NCBI GenBank assembly: GCA_002633005.1 | Contig: NMRA01000465.1 | Span: 17,941 to 81,940, forward strand | Length of the DNA stretch: 64,000 nt | Direction of reading: 5' to 3' | Source: Phoronis australis | Lineage: Eukaryota; Animalia; Phoronida | Shown: positions 12,301 to 24,495 of the stretch, one piece after another | Layout: each line of letters starts with the position of its first letter | How positions within the stretch are numbered: the stretch's first letter is position 1 | The notes under the pieces: generated by a model | Seen by the model: the letters and a program-made list of their open reading frames with translations, nothing else | Databases searched by the model: none | Told to the model about the DNA's origin: nothing | Program-made: the position numbers and the translations under genes

Positions 12301-15300
12301 CTGTTGCGTGATAAGTTTGAAGTATTCTTCCGTGTAATACAGATAGGAGAACATAGCTGAGTGTTGTAATTTTTTAGACTTGCTATTTTTTTTAGTTCTA
12401 AGCACTCACAACCCTTGTTATCCCGGCCAGCGGCTCGGAACCCAATCAGGCCCGTCGCAGCTGGACTGAAGACATTACAAACATAAACCAGGCAGTCATG
12501 AAAAGACTATACCAGTGAACCAAAGAAATAATGTGCACGTGATTATTTTGGTGAATTACACGCAAACGTACAAATTTACTTACTAGCTCATCGGGGGCCA
12601 CAAAGTCAGGTTACACTTCCACAGTAAAACCTTCATTGCAAAAGTTGCACAGTAACGATTCGAATAATGTTTTTAAATATCTAAATAAAGATTCCCCTAA
12701 CACCTAACCATAGCATATAAAATCGAGTTATTGTTTCACAACAGATTTCTGTCAGCAAACGGTAGCATACGCTCACACGGCTTCGGTGTCCCCATCAGTT
12801 ATAGCTTTATTGCATCTAAAGCTGGTAACGCAGTGATTTATTCAATGCTGGCTTCTCAAAACATTTGCACTCATGAACACTCCAAAGGCATTTCAAATTG
12901 TATCTAATGAGACAAACTTTGTTTCAGTTTTATATAAGCATTGGTTAGGGTGAGAATAATTCATTTTGAAACAGAACACACAATTAATAAACGTCAGCAT
13001 GTCAACTCGCAATCCTGACTTATACGAGTGCTTCCCAGGTTGAACGTTTATGTTTCACAGGCCATGAGTTCATACCAGAATACACTGATCAAGAAATACT
13101 AGAGAGATGCCGAGAACGTGCACAGACAACGGATCATGGATAGTTTCGAAAACCGCTTGAATGGCTTGTCATGGTGTCAGTCCACTAACTGCACTATAAT
13201 GGAAACGACTGATGCTTGCGTTTGCCACGAAATTCCGCAAGTGAAACACTTTCTTGGAGACTGAGCGCAGATGTGTCTCACGGACCATCCTGATTTTGCA
13301 TCGCATCTACACAGAGGTATGCTTACGACGTATTTAGGGCTGGGAAAAAGAACTGGTGAAAACCTGCTAAGCCCAGAGGACCAAACAGAAGCCTGACGAA
13401 CGAGTAAGTCATCAAACAGGTTACGTAAAACGTAATGTTCTCATGCCTTGAATTAACTGTAATTGCCTGTTTTCATGGCCAACTACACTCTCTATAATCG
13501 AAGACTGATCAACAACTGATCCGCGTTTCTTTGTCTCCTGCCTGCCGAACACAAACACACTTGGCACACCATGTGACTTCAGCTTCAGTCTCTTTCTCTG
13601 GCCTGGCATGAGCTGTTTGGTAAGCCGGCATTCGTCAGTGAAATCACTGTCAATGAAATTCTGCCCACAGACACAGAGATGTTTTATGGCCTCATACGTG
13701 GTATTAACGGCGTACTTTTCATTCTTCACTGCCGCGAGCCACTTCCGAAGCATCATGAATTCTCGAGGAAATGGAAAAAACGTTATACCCGCTTTCCTTG
13801 CAGCCTCATAATTCGCACAAGCGGGATCGATACACCAAACCATAGCGGCACTCACTCTGCAGAAGAACCACTGACGTCGCTGAGTCGTTTCTCACCTTCC
13901 TCACACGTTAACGCGACATCTCTTGGCGAGGAAAGACCGACCATAAACGAGGTGATGTGGATATAGACCGATTAAGACGGTAAAAAAGACTAATTAAATC
14001 GGGTGGCATTCTCCTTTAAGACTTTCACCCATCACGATTTAATCTGCTTTTTCTTGGCTTCGGCAAATCGACTTAATTTGAACTTAGGAACACCAGTTCT
14101 TGAAAATGGCTAGGTGGATTTCGCTGAAACTTTCCAAACATAATATTTATTCATCAATCTCAAAAATGCTGTTAGGATTTTCAAGTTGATTTGTCACAGA
14201 AACCAAACGAAAAAGACTAATTGAAAATTCCTAACAGTGTATTTGAGGTAACTGGTGAAGTTTTCATTTAAAAAAGGTTTCATTAAAATCAACAGGGGTG
14301 TTATTTTGCTATGACTGTACCTTTCCTAAAAATAAAATTTTGACTTAAAAAGGTGTTAACGTAATAACAACTTTAATAATGGTACATATATAAAACACAA
14401 TTTGTATATTCCCTGCTCGATTTTTCTTTCAGCACATATATACTTTTACTAGTTGACAAAGCCTAGTTTTTTGATATAAGACTGGAGGCCACTAAATAAG
14501 GTTTGAGATTATCTTAATGTTCACCTGCAGGTATTATTTCTATGCTACAGACATATACCCAATAACATAGAAAATACGAGTACCAAAATACAACTAAACA
14601 GGGATTTAAAAATCAAAAAAAAATATCTTAGGGCATAATGACTCACTGATCTGGCAAAGATGGTCCACCAAGTATTGTCAAATGCTTTAATTTTTAATTA
14701 AGCAAGCCATTCTATATTTTGGAAAAAAGTTTGAAAACAGCTGGACAGTTGACTCACCCTTTCAATAGCCTCCCATGAGGCCCACTGGCTGGTAAAGACT
14801 CCTGAGAGATACCATAGATTTCTAGTAAGCTTTTCACAGCAGGACCCAGAGGTTTCCTGAAACAGACCCCAAGGTTGAAGAGAATGGGCATTTTAAGGTT
14901 ATTTAGGATCTTGTTCACATGTCTACGTATTTAGCCACATCTAATAGGCACAAACTTTAAAATTAGCTCGTAAGTAAACAATGACAGATTGAGCAAGTAC
15001 ATGGTCTGTTCTCCACCTGTGTCGCCTGATTGTATAATGTGAACTCTTGCCTTGAGAATGGTTTGTAGTGAATAAACTGAAATGTCGGATCCATATGTCT
15101 TTGTTTACTTACGCGCTAATTTTCAAGTTCGTACTCATGTTTTGGCCAAAAACAAATGTGATCAAATTTAATAGAATTAACATTAAGTATGTTTTCAAAA
15201 ACTAGAAAACCTGAAAATTGTGATTTTTGTCTTTTTATCAATCAGTCATAATTTGGGTTTCATGACCATATCTTCTTAGTGAAATTTAGCCAAAAAGAAA

Positions 15301-18300
15301 GCACATTGATTGCGAAAGAACAATATTGCCGAAATTCTGCTCTCGACAGATGATATCCCACAATGCAATGCCTAGATTGCACATTCGGCATTAGGTCAGT
15401 CTTTCACAAACCAACTTCAACTGATCTACCATGAAACAGAAAGCCCGTATGCCCGTGCACTTATACTCAGGATAGGTCCAACCTAGTGTTCTCACCTATT
15501 TCTATCATTTTCTAGAGTTTTCTGCCTCAATCTCCGCATATCTGGAGCTTCAAATCACTGATAATTTAAAGGATATAATTTACTTACAGTTGTTTCTCTT
15601 GGTGAGAATTAAAAGCTATGAATTAACCATAACATTTTAAAACTCACACAAGGTAATTTTCTATGCTCTAAAAGTATATAAAATATGAATAAATCTATAA
15701 CAGTTGACAGCCCTGCAATTAATCCACAGCAAAATATGTTAAGGATACATTATACAAATAAAGACCCATTCCAAGGGTTATATGAACCAAGGGACAGCAA
15801 TACTGAATGAGGCAAAAGGCCGAAAGCAATATTGCTCTTCCAAAGTCTATGCTCATTTCCTCTAAATTTCTGCCTTTTATTACATTAGCTTGTTCTTACC
15901 TGCAATAATATATTGACATCGCTTGCTTGCTTCATGGAGAGAGTTTATGGTTTAGGTCAAATACCCAATAGTGAAAACTGATGACCGGGAGGCACAAACG
16001 AAAAGTGATATTCCACACAAAGGAGTTCAATATGAAACTATAATTGGAAGTCGTCATATTCCATTCAGCCAAGCATAGAACTGAAGTATAAGTGGTCATG
16101 TAATAATAACAAACAAATAATTGTGTTGTTATAAATCAGGGTGTTGATATGGTACAAGTAAGGATTATTACATGCCATATGTTGGTAACATCATGTGAAT
16201 TATAGTTAAGTCTAGAAACACCTCTGTCCCAACCGAGGCGTGAACCCAGGACTTTCAGCTAACCATGGAGACATTCTAGTCCACTGATCTATTGGTACCA
16301 CCAGTCAATAACAGAAATTTAATCAGACTTAGAGGGAACATCTTATCCAAGCTTGGAGTGCATTAAACATACATCACTCAACTATAGGTCACATGATGCG
16401 ACCAACATATGGTTTGTAAGAAGATCCACCCACCTGGTGGCAGTTCCAGGCACACTAGCTCCCTCTGGCTTGGGAACTTTGTGCCCACCAGGTGGAGCTT
16501 CGGCACTAGAGGGAGCTGGTGTTTCTGTCTCTGCTGGTATGTCAACTTCCTTCCAGTCTACGTCCTCGTCCACCATCAATGCGATCAGACGTCCTACCTG
16601 GACATCATTGTCGGCTTCCACCTATTGAGTAAGTCGAGAAATTTATTTGTTAGACTGCGTAAACCAAATTTGTTAAGGTCAAACTACAACAAAACAAGTT
16701 TGAGGTGGTTTAATATAGCAAAGATACTGCCTTTGAGTTCCATCATAGCCATAATACATGGAGAGCTAGAATTATGTAATTGTCTTACTTCAAAGCTTAA
16801 ATCATTTCTTCTCACAAACTCTAAATCCTAGCATTACTCAACAATGGAATACATGTGTTTTAACAAAATAGTAACACTGGTTGCAAGTCCGGGGTGTACA
16901 AGGGCAACCTCATTTTTGTTTCTAATGCAAATCTTCCCATAAAGTGGCCTCAAAATTACCACTGACAGTTCTTCCTTAAAGAACCTGTGGGTAAGCCAAT
17001 GTGACACCGTTTCAATCATTGTTTAACAACCCAACATCCTTCTGATACAGAAGTTATAAATTAATATAACAATAGCAATAAGTTCCACTTCCAATATATT
17101 CAACCTGCAAAATCTTTAAAAAAATTACAAGTACAGAACAGGCCAAAGGTATTCAGACAAAAGGACTCCGAATTTTCCGTGACTGAAGGGGAATCAGCCG
17201 TAAAGTTAGTAAGGCAGCCAAGCTATTCTGTAATTAGAATATTACAACCCTGATAGATATTACCAGTAATTTTTGCTGTTAACACAATTTTGTCTGATTA
17301 CATATTTGTCAAGTACTATAAATTATAGAATGATACACACCAGAATTTTAGCCAGTATTCCCTCTTCCTCCGTCTCAAATGACATGACTGATTTATCTGT
17401 TTGAATCTCGCAGAGGACATCACCAGGGCTCACTTTGTCACCTACAGAAAAAGTGAAGCAACAGTTACGCCACATTATACAGAAATCTAGGTTTTCCATG
17501 AAAAAGAAAACATAATACGGAACTCACGGAATATAACTTCTTTTACTAAATTAGAAGTTTCAATCAGAATTCAGTCACCATTTATGATTAAGTAACGATT
17601 ATTAGTCTTCACATACCATCCCGTCCATTGGTTATATGGACTGTATGAATACTAACTATACTTACTTACATGATATCAACGTACTGGTATGTACATGTTC
17701 TGGTTCTCTTTAGTTCAAAAATAACAACATGACATGTAGTAAGTTACTTAATTAAGTAAAACAGGTCAGTGGCACAAAAGCAATAAAGGAACTCCGAGAA
17801 CGTCAATGATAGGGTTTGGTTTCAGTAACATGCTATTTTCTAAATGCATATTTTGGAAAAAATAATAAGGTGTGTTAAAACATATCTCACTGTTTTTGGA
17901 AAATGGAAAACGAAGGTATCTAGTTCTATTGTATAGAGAATCTGGATGAAGATGGGAGTGTAACTAGGCAGCATATGTCTGTAGCTTATTGTCTATGGAT
18001 TGTTTCTCTGATGTATGGGTGAACCAGGGAGTCACATACCCACAGTCATTTGTAAATATTTTCTCACATAAGACAGCGGTTTATAAAGACGCCAATTTGA
18101 TGTTGATTCTAATAAATTAAACCATTGTATAAACTTTAAGAAAAAAAAATTTACAAATTGTCTTTGAAGATGGACAGTAGAAACAGACCGTCAATTAAAT
18201 GTGGAAAATAAAGACAGATTGATTTTCAAAAAATAGTTTAGCATAAGGGTATGACCACACTCGGAACAAATTCACATGTTACAAGAATCTTTATTTCAGG

Positions 18301-18469
18301 CCAACACTATATAACACAAATTTGAAAGTAAAACAATTTAAAACCCCAAAAAATGTTATCTCAACCCTTATTCAGTGGCTTCCTTTCTAACTTTGTAAAC
18401 TAGTAAAAGTATATATTTTCTGAAAAAAAAAAGATCAGTAATGTATAAATATGTTTTATATTTATGTAC

Positions 18470-18514
<45 letters not shown>

Positions 18515-21500
18515 CATTATTATTGTTAACACCTTTTTTAAGTCAAAAATTCATTTTTAAGAAAGGTTCATTCCTTTTAACATGACCGCTCGGACGATTT
18601 TAATGAAACCTTTTTTTAAGTAAAAACTTCATCGGGTACTTTTTAGGAATTTCTATGAATCTTTTGTTTGATTTTTATGACAAATCAACTCGCAAAATGT
18701 AACGTATATTTGTAGAAAATAGTAGTTGTATTCATCTTTGTTACATTACGCAAAGCCTAGGCCTTTATACCGAAAATGTTAACAGCATTTTTAAGATTGA
18801 TGAGTAAATATTAAGTATGGAAAGTTTCAGCAAAATCCACCAAGCCTTTTATGAGAACTCGTGTTCCTAGGTTGAAATTAAGTCGATTTACCGAAGTCGA
18901 GAAAAAGCTAATTAAGTCTTCTCAAGGTTTTCAGTTAATTATTGAGTGAAAACGTGTTTTAGGTCAACACAACCAATACACCACTTAGTCGCGTTCATTA
19001 TTTCAACATTCATGGGTCAAGCTCGTACACTTTAAAGCAGGTCAACAGTTCATTGTTGGACACACCACAGGCTGGAAGACTGAAATTAAACCCAAGTAAG
19101 AAATGGATAGCAGAAATCGAGTCAGTAGCTAAAGCACATTGTGAGCATGAGATCGGAACAGCGAAATGCCAAATCAAGGAGTTTACTATAATAGGAGTAT
19201 TCACCGGTGAGTTCGCTGTTATCGGTACAACTAGCGCCACCAAGTGGAAAATAAGCAACGGTCAAGTACTAAGCGCGGGAACAATGGGGAAGGGTACCTT
19301 CTGCAGTGCAATAAATGAGTCATCAGAATCTTTGGTAGGACCCTACTAATCCATTGATAGGAAGCTGTAGTTCAATTAATTGCAGCGTCCCCTAAGTTAT
19401 TTTTCTCTTACTTTAATAAATACTGGCAATAGGAGGCACTAAATCATGTTAGTGCAAAGAAAGATCATCCTATGCATGGGTAAATGATATATAAGATGTT
19501 AGCGTTCAGTTGCAAGCAAATTGAATAATTCCAAGCCACCTCTGCACCACACATGGATAAGTAGACGAAGCACAATATGTGAGCAGAAGGTTCACAACTT
19601 AAAGAGGCAGAGTACCCACTTTAACCTATTTAACAATACCCTGCAATCGCTGCACCACCTGTTAGCAAGTAGATAATGCACATGACGTCAGCAAAAGGGT
19701 CACAACTTGAGAGACACAGAACACGCATTTTAACTAATTCAACTATCCTCACGAATCGTTGAACCTCTTGCGGGCACAGCATTTCTAGAGAAAATATGGA
19801 GTCTTGCCGCTGAAAGTACAAACTGGCCATTTTAGTATTTTTACTCCTATTGAGGAGCATTTGTATGATTTCTGTACTGTCCCATGCGTAGATGATTTTT
19901 TTCTCTGCTCTTGTGTTCTCTACACTGATCTCAGAACAGTGTTATTTGCAGAGGTCATGTTGGTTTATCCCACTATTGCTGAGCTACGGATTCAGAATCA
20001 GTTTGTTTTCTTGGTGACAAACACCTCTGTGAGTAAATTAGTTGTCAGCTTTATTTATATTGCATTTCTTTGGCAAAAAGAGCTGTTAGTTTACTAGTGA
20101 ATTAATAGAGAGTGACATGGTTGGTTAGATTTTCATGTTGTATTGGTTGGTGTATGTGTTGCCTATTTTGTACGTTTTTGGAGATTGTGATTTATTTAAG
20201 CCCAAGTTATGCCTAAGTAACAGATATGTCATGGCCAGGCTCTTTTTAGTTCAGTTTTGTATCAAGTTGTGTGTGTACTGAATATTTTGATCGCTTTTCA
20301 TTACCTCCTAAAATATTTTGTCATGCCATTTTGCAACTTTGACCAGTTATGAGTGATGATATACTCAATGTTAATATGTTACACAAGTTGTGAGCTATTC
20401 TACAGATTAACAAATAACTTGTAACTATTGGTGATTATAGAAGAAGAAATAATGGAAAATTCTAAAATGAAATGTGATTGTACATCAGAATGGATTACAA
20501 TGTTGCTGTATTGATGAATTGCTGTCTTCTTACTTGGGTAACACCTACAATTTTCTGCATTGCTAGTAGCCTGGTACATCCAATAGGGAACAAATGCGAA
20601 ATTGTTAAGTGGAGATGAAAAGAGTATTAAGCTGGGAGCACCTTGTAATGAAAAGTTGGAAAATACCCAGGATGGTATAGATACAACCACAGGGGCCTGG
20701 CCACTGGTCATTACAGAAAGTTCTTGGGGGCATGCACAAAACTAGGGCCAAATCTTATCACCACCTCAGTACATGTTGTCAGTGGTCATTTGGATCTACC
20801 AACCAAATCTGTGTTGATGGGAGAGGCTCAAAACTCATGTGGCACATGTGGTTTTTACCTATTTTGCACTCCTCCCATGCACCCTCCCACGAGGGGGTCA
20901 AGACCCGTTTGGTGCCCACTTAGTTTCACCTGTTATGCACTCCTCTCATGCCCCCCTGGGAAAGAGTCAACGCCCATTTGGCACCTATCTGGTTGTTACC
21001 TGTTTTGTACTCCTCCCATGTATCCCAGTTTCTGACACCTAGTGGCAACTTTCCCTTAACCCCAGGAGCAATCACTAAAATTATGTAGCCCATGGAGATA
21101 TCATATGTAATCAGGAAGCCTTAAAAAAGCAAACATGAACCAAAATCATGGCTTTTGACGAGAGCTTCAAGAGAATGAAAGCAAAAATCTTGCAGTCTAT
21201 TGCACTTTAATATTGACTAAAACACACACTTTCATTCTCACTTGATTATAAGTGAAATAATGTAAATACAAAAAATTTTTACCAACTTTCAATCACGCAG
21301 TAATTTTATTATATATCAAACGTCATAAAAGTATGAATTTATCACTGGTACATGATTTGGACTGCGCCGCTAAATAAGTTTTCCGTATTCGCCACTTGAG
21401 GGGCTAGTTTTTCAAACGATAACCATTGCGACGAATGGCACGATGGTGTACTGGGACCTCCTTTTGTATTACACTCCTTGGTCAAATTACCCGAATGAAG

Positions 21501-22311
21501 GAATTTGGGTGAGGATTTATATCTTTTCACAACTAACTGTGTTTGTGAAAACAAAATTACAGAGGCGTAAGGCGACTCGCAGCATTCGTTCTCAATAGTT
21601 GCATACATGCAGACACACAACTTCGCTTTCCCCAGCAGCTTTCTATCATATGTACATGTCAATGAGGCAATATTTTGGTAAAAGAAAGGACTGAGGGTAC
21701 ATACGGAGCTGCTCTGTGCCTGGCAGGAGATTCCACTTGAGTGAAAGTCCCACAACCTTTGACCTTGGATAAGTAGTGAACAAACTTCCACGCTTTTATG
21801 CGGTCCAAGGTGGTTCTACTGAATTTTTTTTCTTGCTACATGGTATATATTTCGTATTTGAAGTTTCCCAAGAAGGAAGATAAGGTATTTTGCTAGTTTT
21901 TTGTGAAGTATTGTAAAAATGGCCAATTTTTGTGAATAAGGTTTGAGATATCCTTAAACTTGCCTCAGTACCTTTTAATAATATACAACCCAGCTAAACA
22001 CAAGAATTTTATAGTATCCGCAGAGTTATAAGAGATACTACAGAAAAATATATATAAAACATCACTTAACAGTGAGTATGAAATGAGTTCGAGAAGAACT
22101 TCAAAAATACACAGACCCTATGCCCACCAAACAATGAAACATTCAAGTCTGCGTAACAACCAAAAATTATGAAAAAAAATTGTTACATTACAAACACTTT
22201 TAAAACTAAAACTCAAAAGTAACATACCTTCCTGTTTCATCCATTTTACTATCTTGCCTTCAGTCATGGTGGGTGAGAGGGCCGGCATGTTAATCTTCAT
22301 ACCTTCAACAC
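9317..22311 (-). CDS. PDHX: Pyruvate dehydrogenase protein X / E3-binding protein (partial, spliced). Exons: 22228-22311, 17341-17441, 16434-16621, 14758-14856, 10733-10946, 9317-9392
   Basis: All exons have GT-AG boundaries with matching phases. They encode one lipoyl domain ([16 protein letters not shown]...EIQTDKSVM, lipoyl Lys), a subunit-binding domain (LGPAVKSLL...[13 protein letters not shown]) and the start of the core domain [24 protein letters not shown]. That last motif matches PDHX (PHAY) rather than DLAT (PHYY). The transit-peptide exon and the remaining core exons were not found in the window. Confidence 0.88.
9810..9984. mobile_element. Short MITE with about 33-bp TIRs, preceded by a decayed tandem copy (about 9645-9800)
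   Basis: TAATTAGTTGATCAATGTGACAGTTGTGGAACC ... GGTTCCGCAACTGTCACATTGATCAACTAATTA. Confidence 0.65.
13060..13404 (+). pseudogene. KolX-like (P2X7 intracellular ballast/Nanor-like, Cys-rich) exon remnant
   Basis: Manual translation: [12 protein letters not shown]..., frameshift, [30 protein letters not shown]...*...CLTDHPDF..., frameshift, [10 protein letters not shown] followed by a GTAAGT donor. Resembles the WCxCxxCxxM..CCxE..CITxHxxF pattern. Not in the ORF track. Confidence 0.65.
13421..13855 (-). pseudogene. THAP zinc-finger domain ORF; truncated 5' end of a Kolobok-type transposase
   Basis: C-x4-C (WCIDPAC), FFPFP, W, 'LCVCGQNF' (His ligand replaced by Asn), '[12 protein letters not shown]' (AVPT box). 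No DDE domain follows. Confidence 0.8.
16215..16290 (-). mobile_element. tRNA-derived SINE head (decayed); a similar remnant lies at about 58660-58720 (minus)
   Basis: Minus strand reads TCAGTGGACTAGA (A-box-like) ... GTCCTGGGTTCACGCC (B-box-like); no intact cloverleaf. Confidence 0.5.
18355..21953 (-). mobile_element. Non-autonomous TTAA-type DNA transposon, copy 2 (inverted relative to copy 1), with about 2.3 kb of extra sequence at about 19180-21480
   Basis: Ends AATAAGGTTTGAGATATCC|TTAA at 21953. Segments 18355-19180 and 21480-21953 are reverse-complement homologues of copy 1 without its nested Kolobok element. Confidence 0.65.
18471..18523. repeat. (ATT)n microsatellite
   Basis: Direct reading of the sequence. 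Confidence 0.95.
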
Positions 22312-23452
22312 CTGAACAATACAGCATGTCACACTGGTTACATATAATTGGATATCAATTTTGATAATGCTTAGAGCTAAAACAAGATGGATTTTAACTA
22401 GATTCAGGTCTCTAATGAAAGCTGGGGATGTCAAGTAAGATGAATTCATAAAATGCCCGGGCCTATTTCTTGAAAGTGTCTCAAGACTGATTTTTTAACA
22501 TAAGTGTATCATTTTCAACATCTTTTCATATTAATTTGTACTTCCATATAAATTATGTGGTATTTATGGAAAACTCAATGTAACACAACATATTTTCCTG
22601 GGCTTTCGAATGAGGTCATGCAAGAGAGGATCAAGAAACAAAAAAATTAACAACCGATAGAAGATAACATGACTTGGCCGACAACCAGCTACACGATAAA
22701 AGTTGTGCAGGTAACCAGTTTCACTGAATAATGACTATCAATGGTACTGTCACTATAGCCTTGGTGCAAAGCTGTACGCTAAATATACAGCTTGCTCCAA
22801 TGTGGGTAAAAATGGTCATAAAATCTGACACAAAATTTGTGTCATTAAGAACTACACTCTTCTTTCAGTAAAATAATTATTTACCGGTGTTGGAAAAATT
22901 GGCGATCCATCATTATTCCGCTGCAAATGTTGTGGAGAAATCTTTTGCATCGGCTTTTGGACTCATGAAATATTGCGTCACCTATTGGCCAGTTTCTTTT
23001 TTGCCAATTCTTAAATCAACTGTTCTTCTTTCACGAGGTTGCGTACATGTCACAACAAATCATCAGAACTGGTTTCATTTCGTTACAAGTTTTTAATATT
23101 TTAATAACAGCAAACCGAATTCCAGAAGAAATTTTGCACCTGCGAAACTGTCATCATTTCCCGAGAGATATCGCAAAAATTTAGGAAATGGTGTGTACAC
23201 GTGTCTAGAGTGTACTGTTTTCAAAACAACGACAGACTTTTCTTTGTTACAAAAGGCAGAGAATTATGCAAGAAAATGATGTTTATTAGATTGTTTTTCA
23301 CTAAATGGCTGCAACGGGCAAGGTGAGTGCAGGTTAACTCCCCCATGCCAGTCGTTGGCGCTCAATGTTGATACAGGTTTCACGACGAGGTGATGAGCAG
23401 AACTACGCGGGCCGTACAAAATTACGGGATCTAACGGAGCTCAACACACAGT

Positions 23453-23942
23453 CAGGCCTTTATCCAGGATTTCAAAAATAGGGTGTCCAAAATGGGGTTC
23501 CCAATATTCCAGGCCGTCCATGATTCCGACGCGTAACCCCCCACCCCCAGCAATCCCCCCAAACACACAGATTTTTTTACAAAAAATGCATAGACCAAGG
23601 TTTTTACATCTAAGTTTACCACACAGCCTTCTGTAGTGAGCATTTTCACTAAAAACAACTGTAGACTAAGACTTCTACAATGCTATCAACCAAGTGTGAC
23701 CATAGCAACATTGTATATATTTTGTATATACATTGTATATTTCTTCCTGCTTTGAAAAAAGAGCCCCCACTGTGAGCCTTCAGATGCTTCCTAGTATTCA
23801 TGACAGTGGATGAGTCCAAACTTAGAAGGTTCCTATTGGCAGTGGGCGTCCAAATGATACATTGGGTGTCCTTGTCAGGGCATCCACATTAGTGCTAGGG
23901 CGTCCATTTGGATGCCCAGGACCTACGCTGCATAAAGGCCTG
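23453..23942. mobile_element. hAT-type MITE with 8-bp TSD
   Basis: TSD CACACAGT at 23445-23452 and 23943-23950; TIR CAGGCCTTTAT / ATAAAGGCCTG. Confidence 0.85.
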
Positions 23943-24267
23943 CACACAGTGGTACCTAGCTATATTTTGACGATAATCTTGAGACAGCTAGCTGGCTGGT
24001 GTCACCATAGATTATAGACAACAGATTTGCAACTCTCACATTTTCTTGCATAATATCCTAGAGGTGTCACTTTCCTAAATTACCAATTTCAGTTTCCCAT
24101 TAGTGTATTATGACGGGAAATTCTCGCATCTATTTTACTGTCCAGTAGACCGAAAGAAAATAATTTTGACATTGAAACGCTGTTCAAAGTCTTCCAATGA
24201 TAGAACTGTTGGTATCGTGAGTACTTGTGACACCCGAGCATACAACATCCGACCAAGATTAGCAGAC

Positions 24268-24288
24268 CACGGAAGTAGCCGGAAGTAA
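24268..24288. promoter_or_regulatory. Tandem ETS/GABP-type motifs (CGGAAGT x2); candidate promoter between the divergent PDHX and FAIM genes
   Basis: CACGGAAGTAGCCGGAAGTAA. Paired ETS sites are common in promoters of mitochondrial and housekeeping genes. The assignment is inference. Confidence 0.35.
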
Positions 24289-24495
24289 AACTTTTGTCAG
24301 GTGTTGCTAATGAATAGTGTAATATTGTAAGTAACCACAATCGAATTCAATCATATATAATGTATTAGATATAAGAACTGCATCAAAGCACATACAACGA
24401 GATTCAAGTCCAATGATTAACTAACTAAGTAGCATCTAGCAGTGAGAGTCATTATAAGGACATGCAATCTAAGGAGTAAGGTCATGGGGTTCATA

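Larger units (their letters stand above)
11917..14015 (-). mobile_element. Internally deleted Kolobok-type DNA transposon with THAP (transposase N-terminus) and KolX remnants
   Basis: TTAA TSD on both sides (11913-11916, 14016-14019). 15-bp TIR AGGAGAGTGCCACCC / GGGTGGCATTCTCCT with 1 mismatch. Convergent THAP ORF (minus) and KolX-like remnant (plus). Confidence 0.8.
11042..14513 (+). mobile_element. Non-autonomous TTAA-type (Kolobok-like) DNA transposon, copy 1; host of a nested element
   Basis: Termini GTAA|GGATATCTCAAACCTTATT ... AATAAGGTTTGAGATTATC|TTAA. The internal sequence matches the inverted copy at about 18355-21953. Confidence 0.65.

Noticed and set aside
13421-13855. Domesticated host THAP transcription-factor gene
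   Set aside because: It sits inside TIR/TSD-bounded transposon sequence, the Zn-ligand His is replaced by Asn, and the ORF ends at an apparent deletion junction.
16215-16290. tRNA gene
   Set aside because: A/B-box-like motifs only; no acceptor stem or cloverleaf, so better explained as a SINE head.
21342-21791. 149-aa ORF with 'WDFHSSG', resembling a mitochondrial transit-peptide end
   Set aside because: It lies downstream of the first lipoyl exon, inside repeat copy 2, and the homologous sequence in copy 1 (about 11230-11550) is not open.
9317-22311. Alternative call as DLAT (E2)
   Set aside because: Only one lipoyl domain is seen, and the [12 protein letters not shown] motif and binding-domain sequence fit PDHX better than DLAT.
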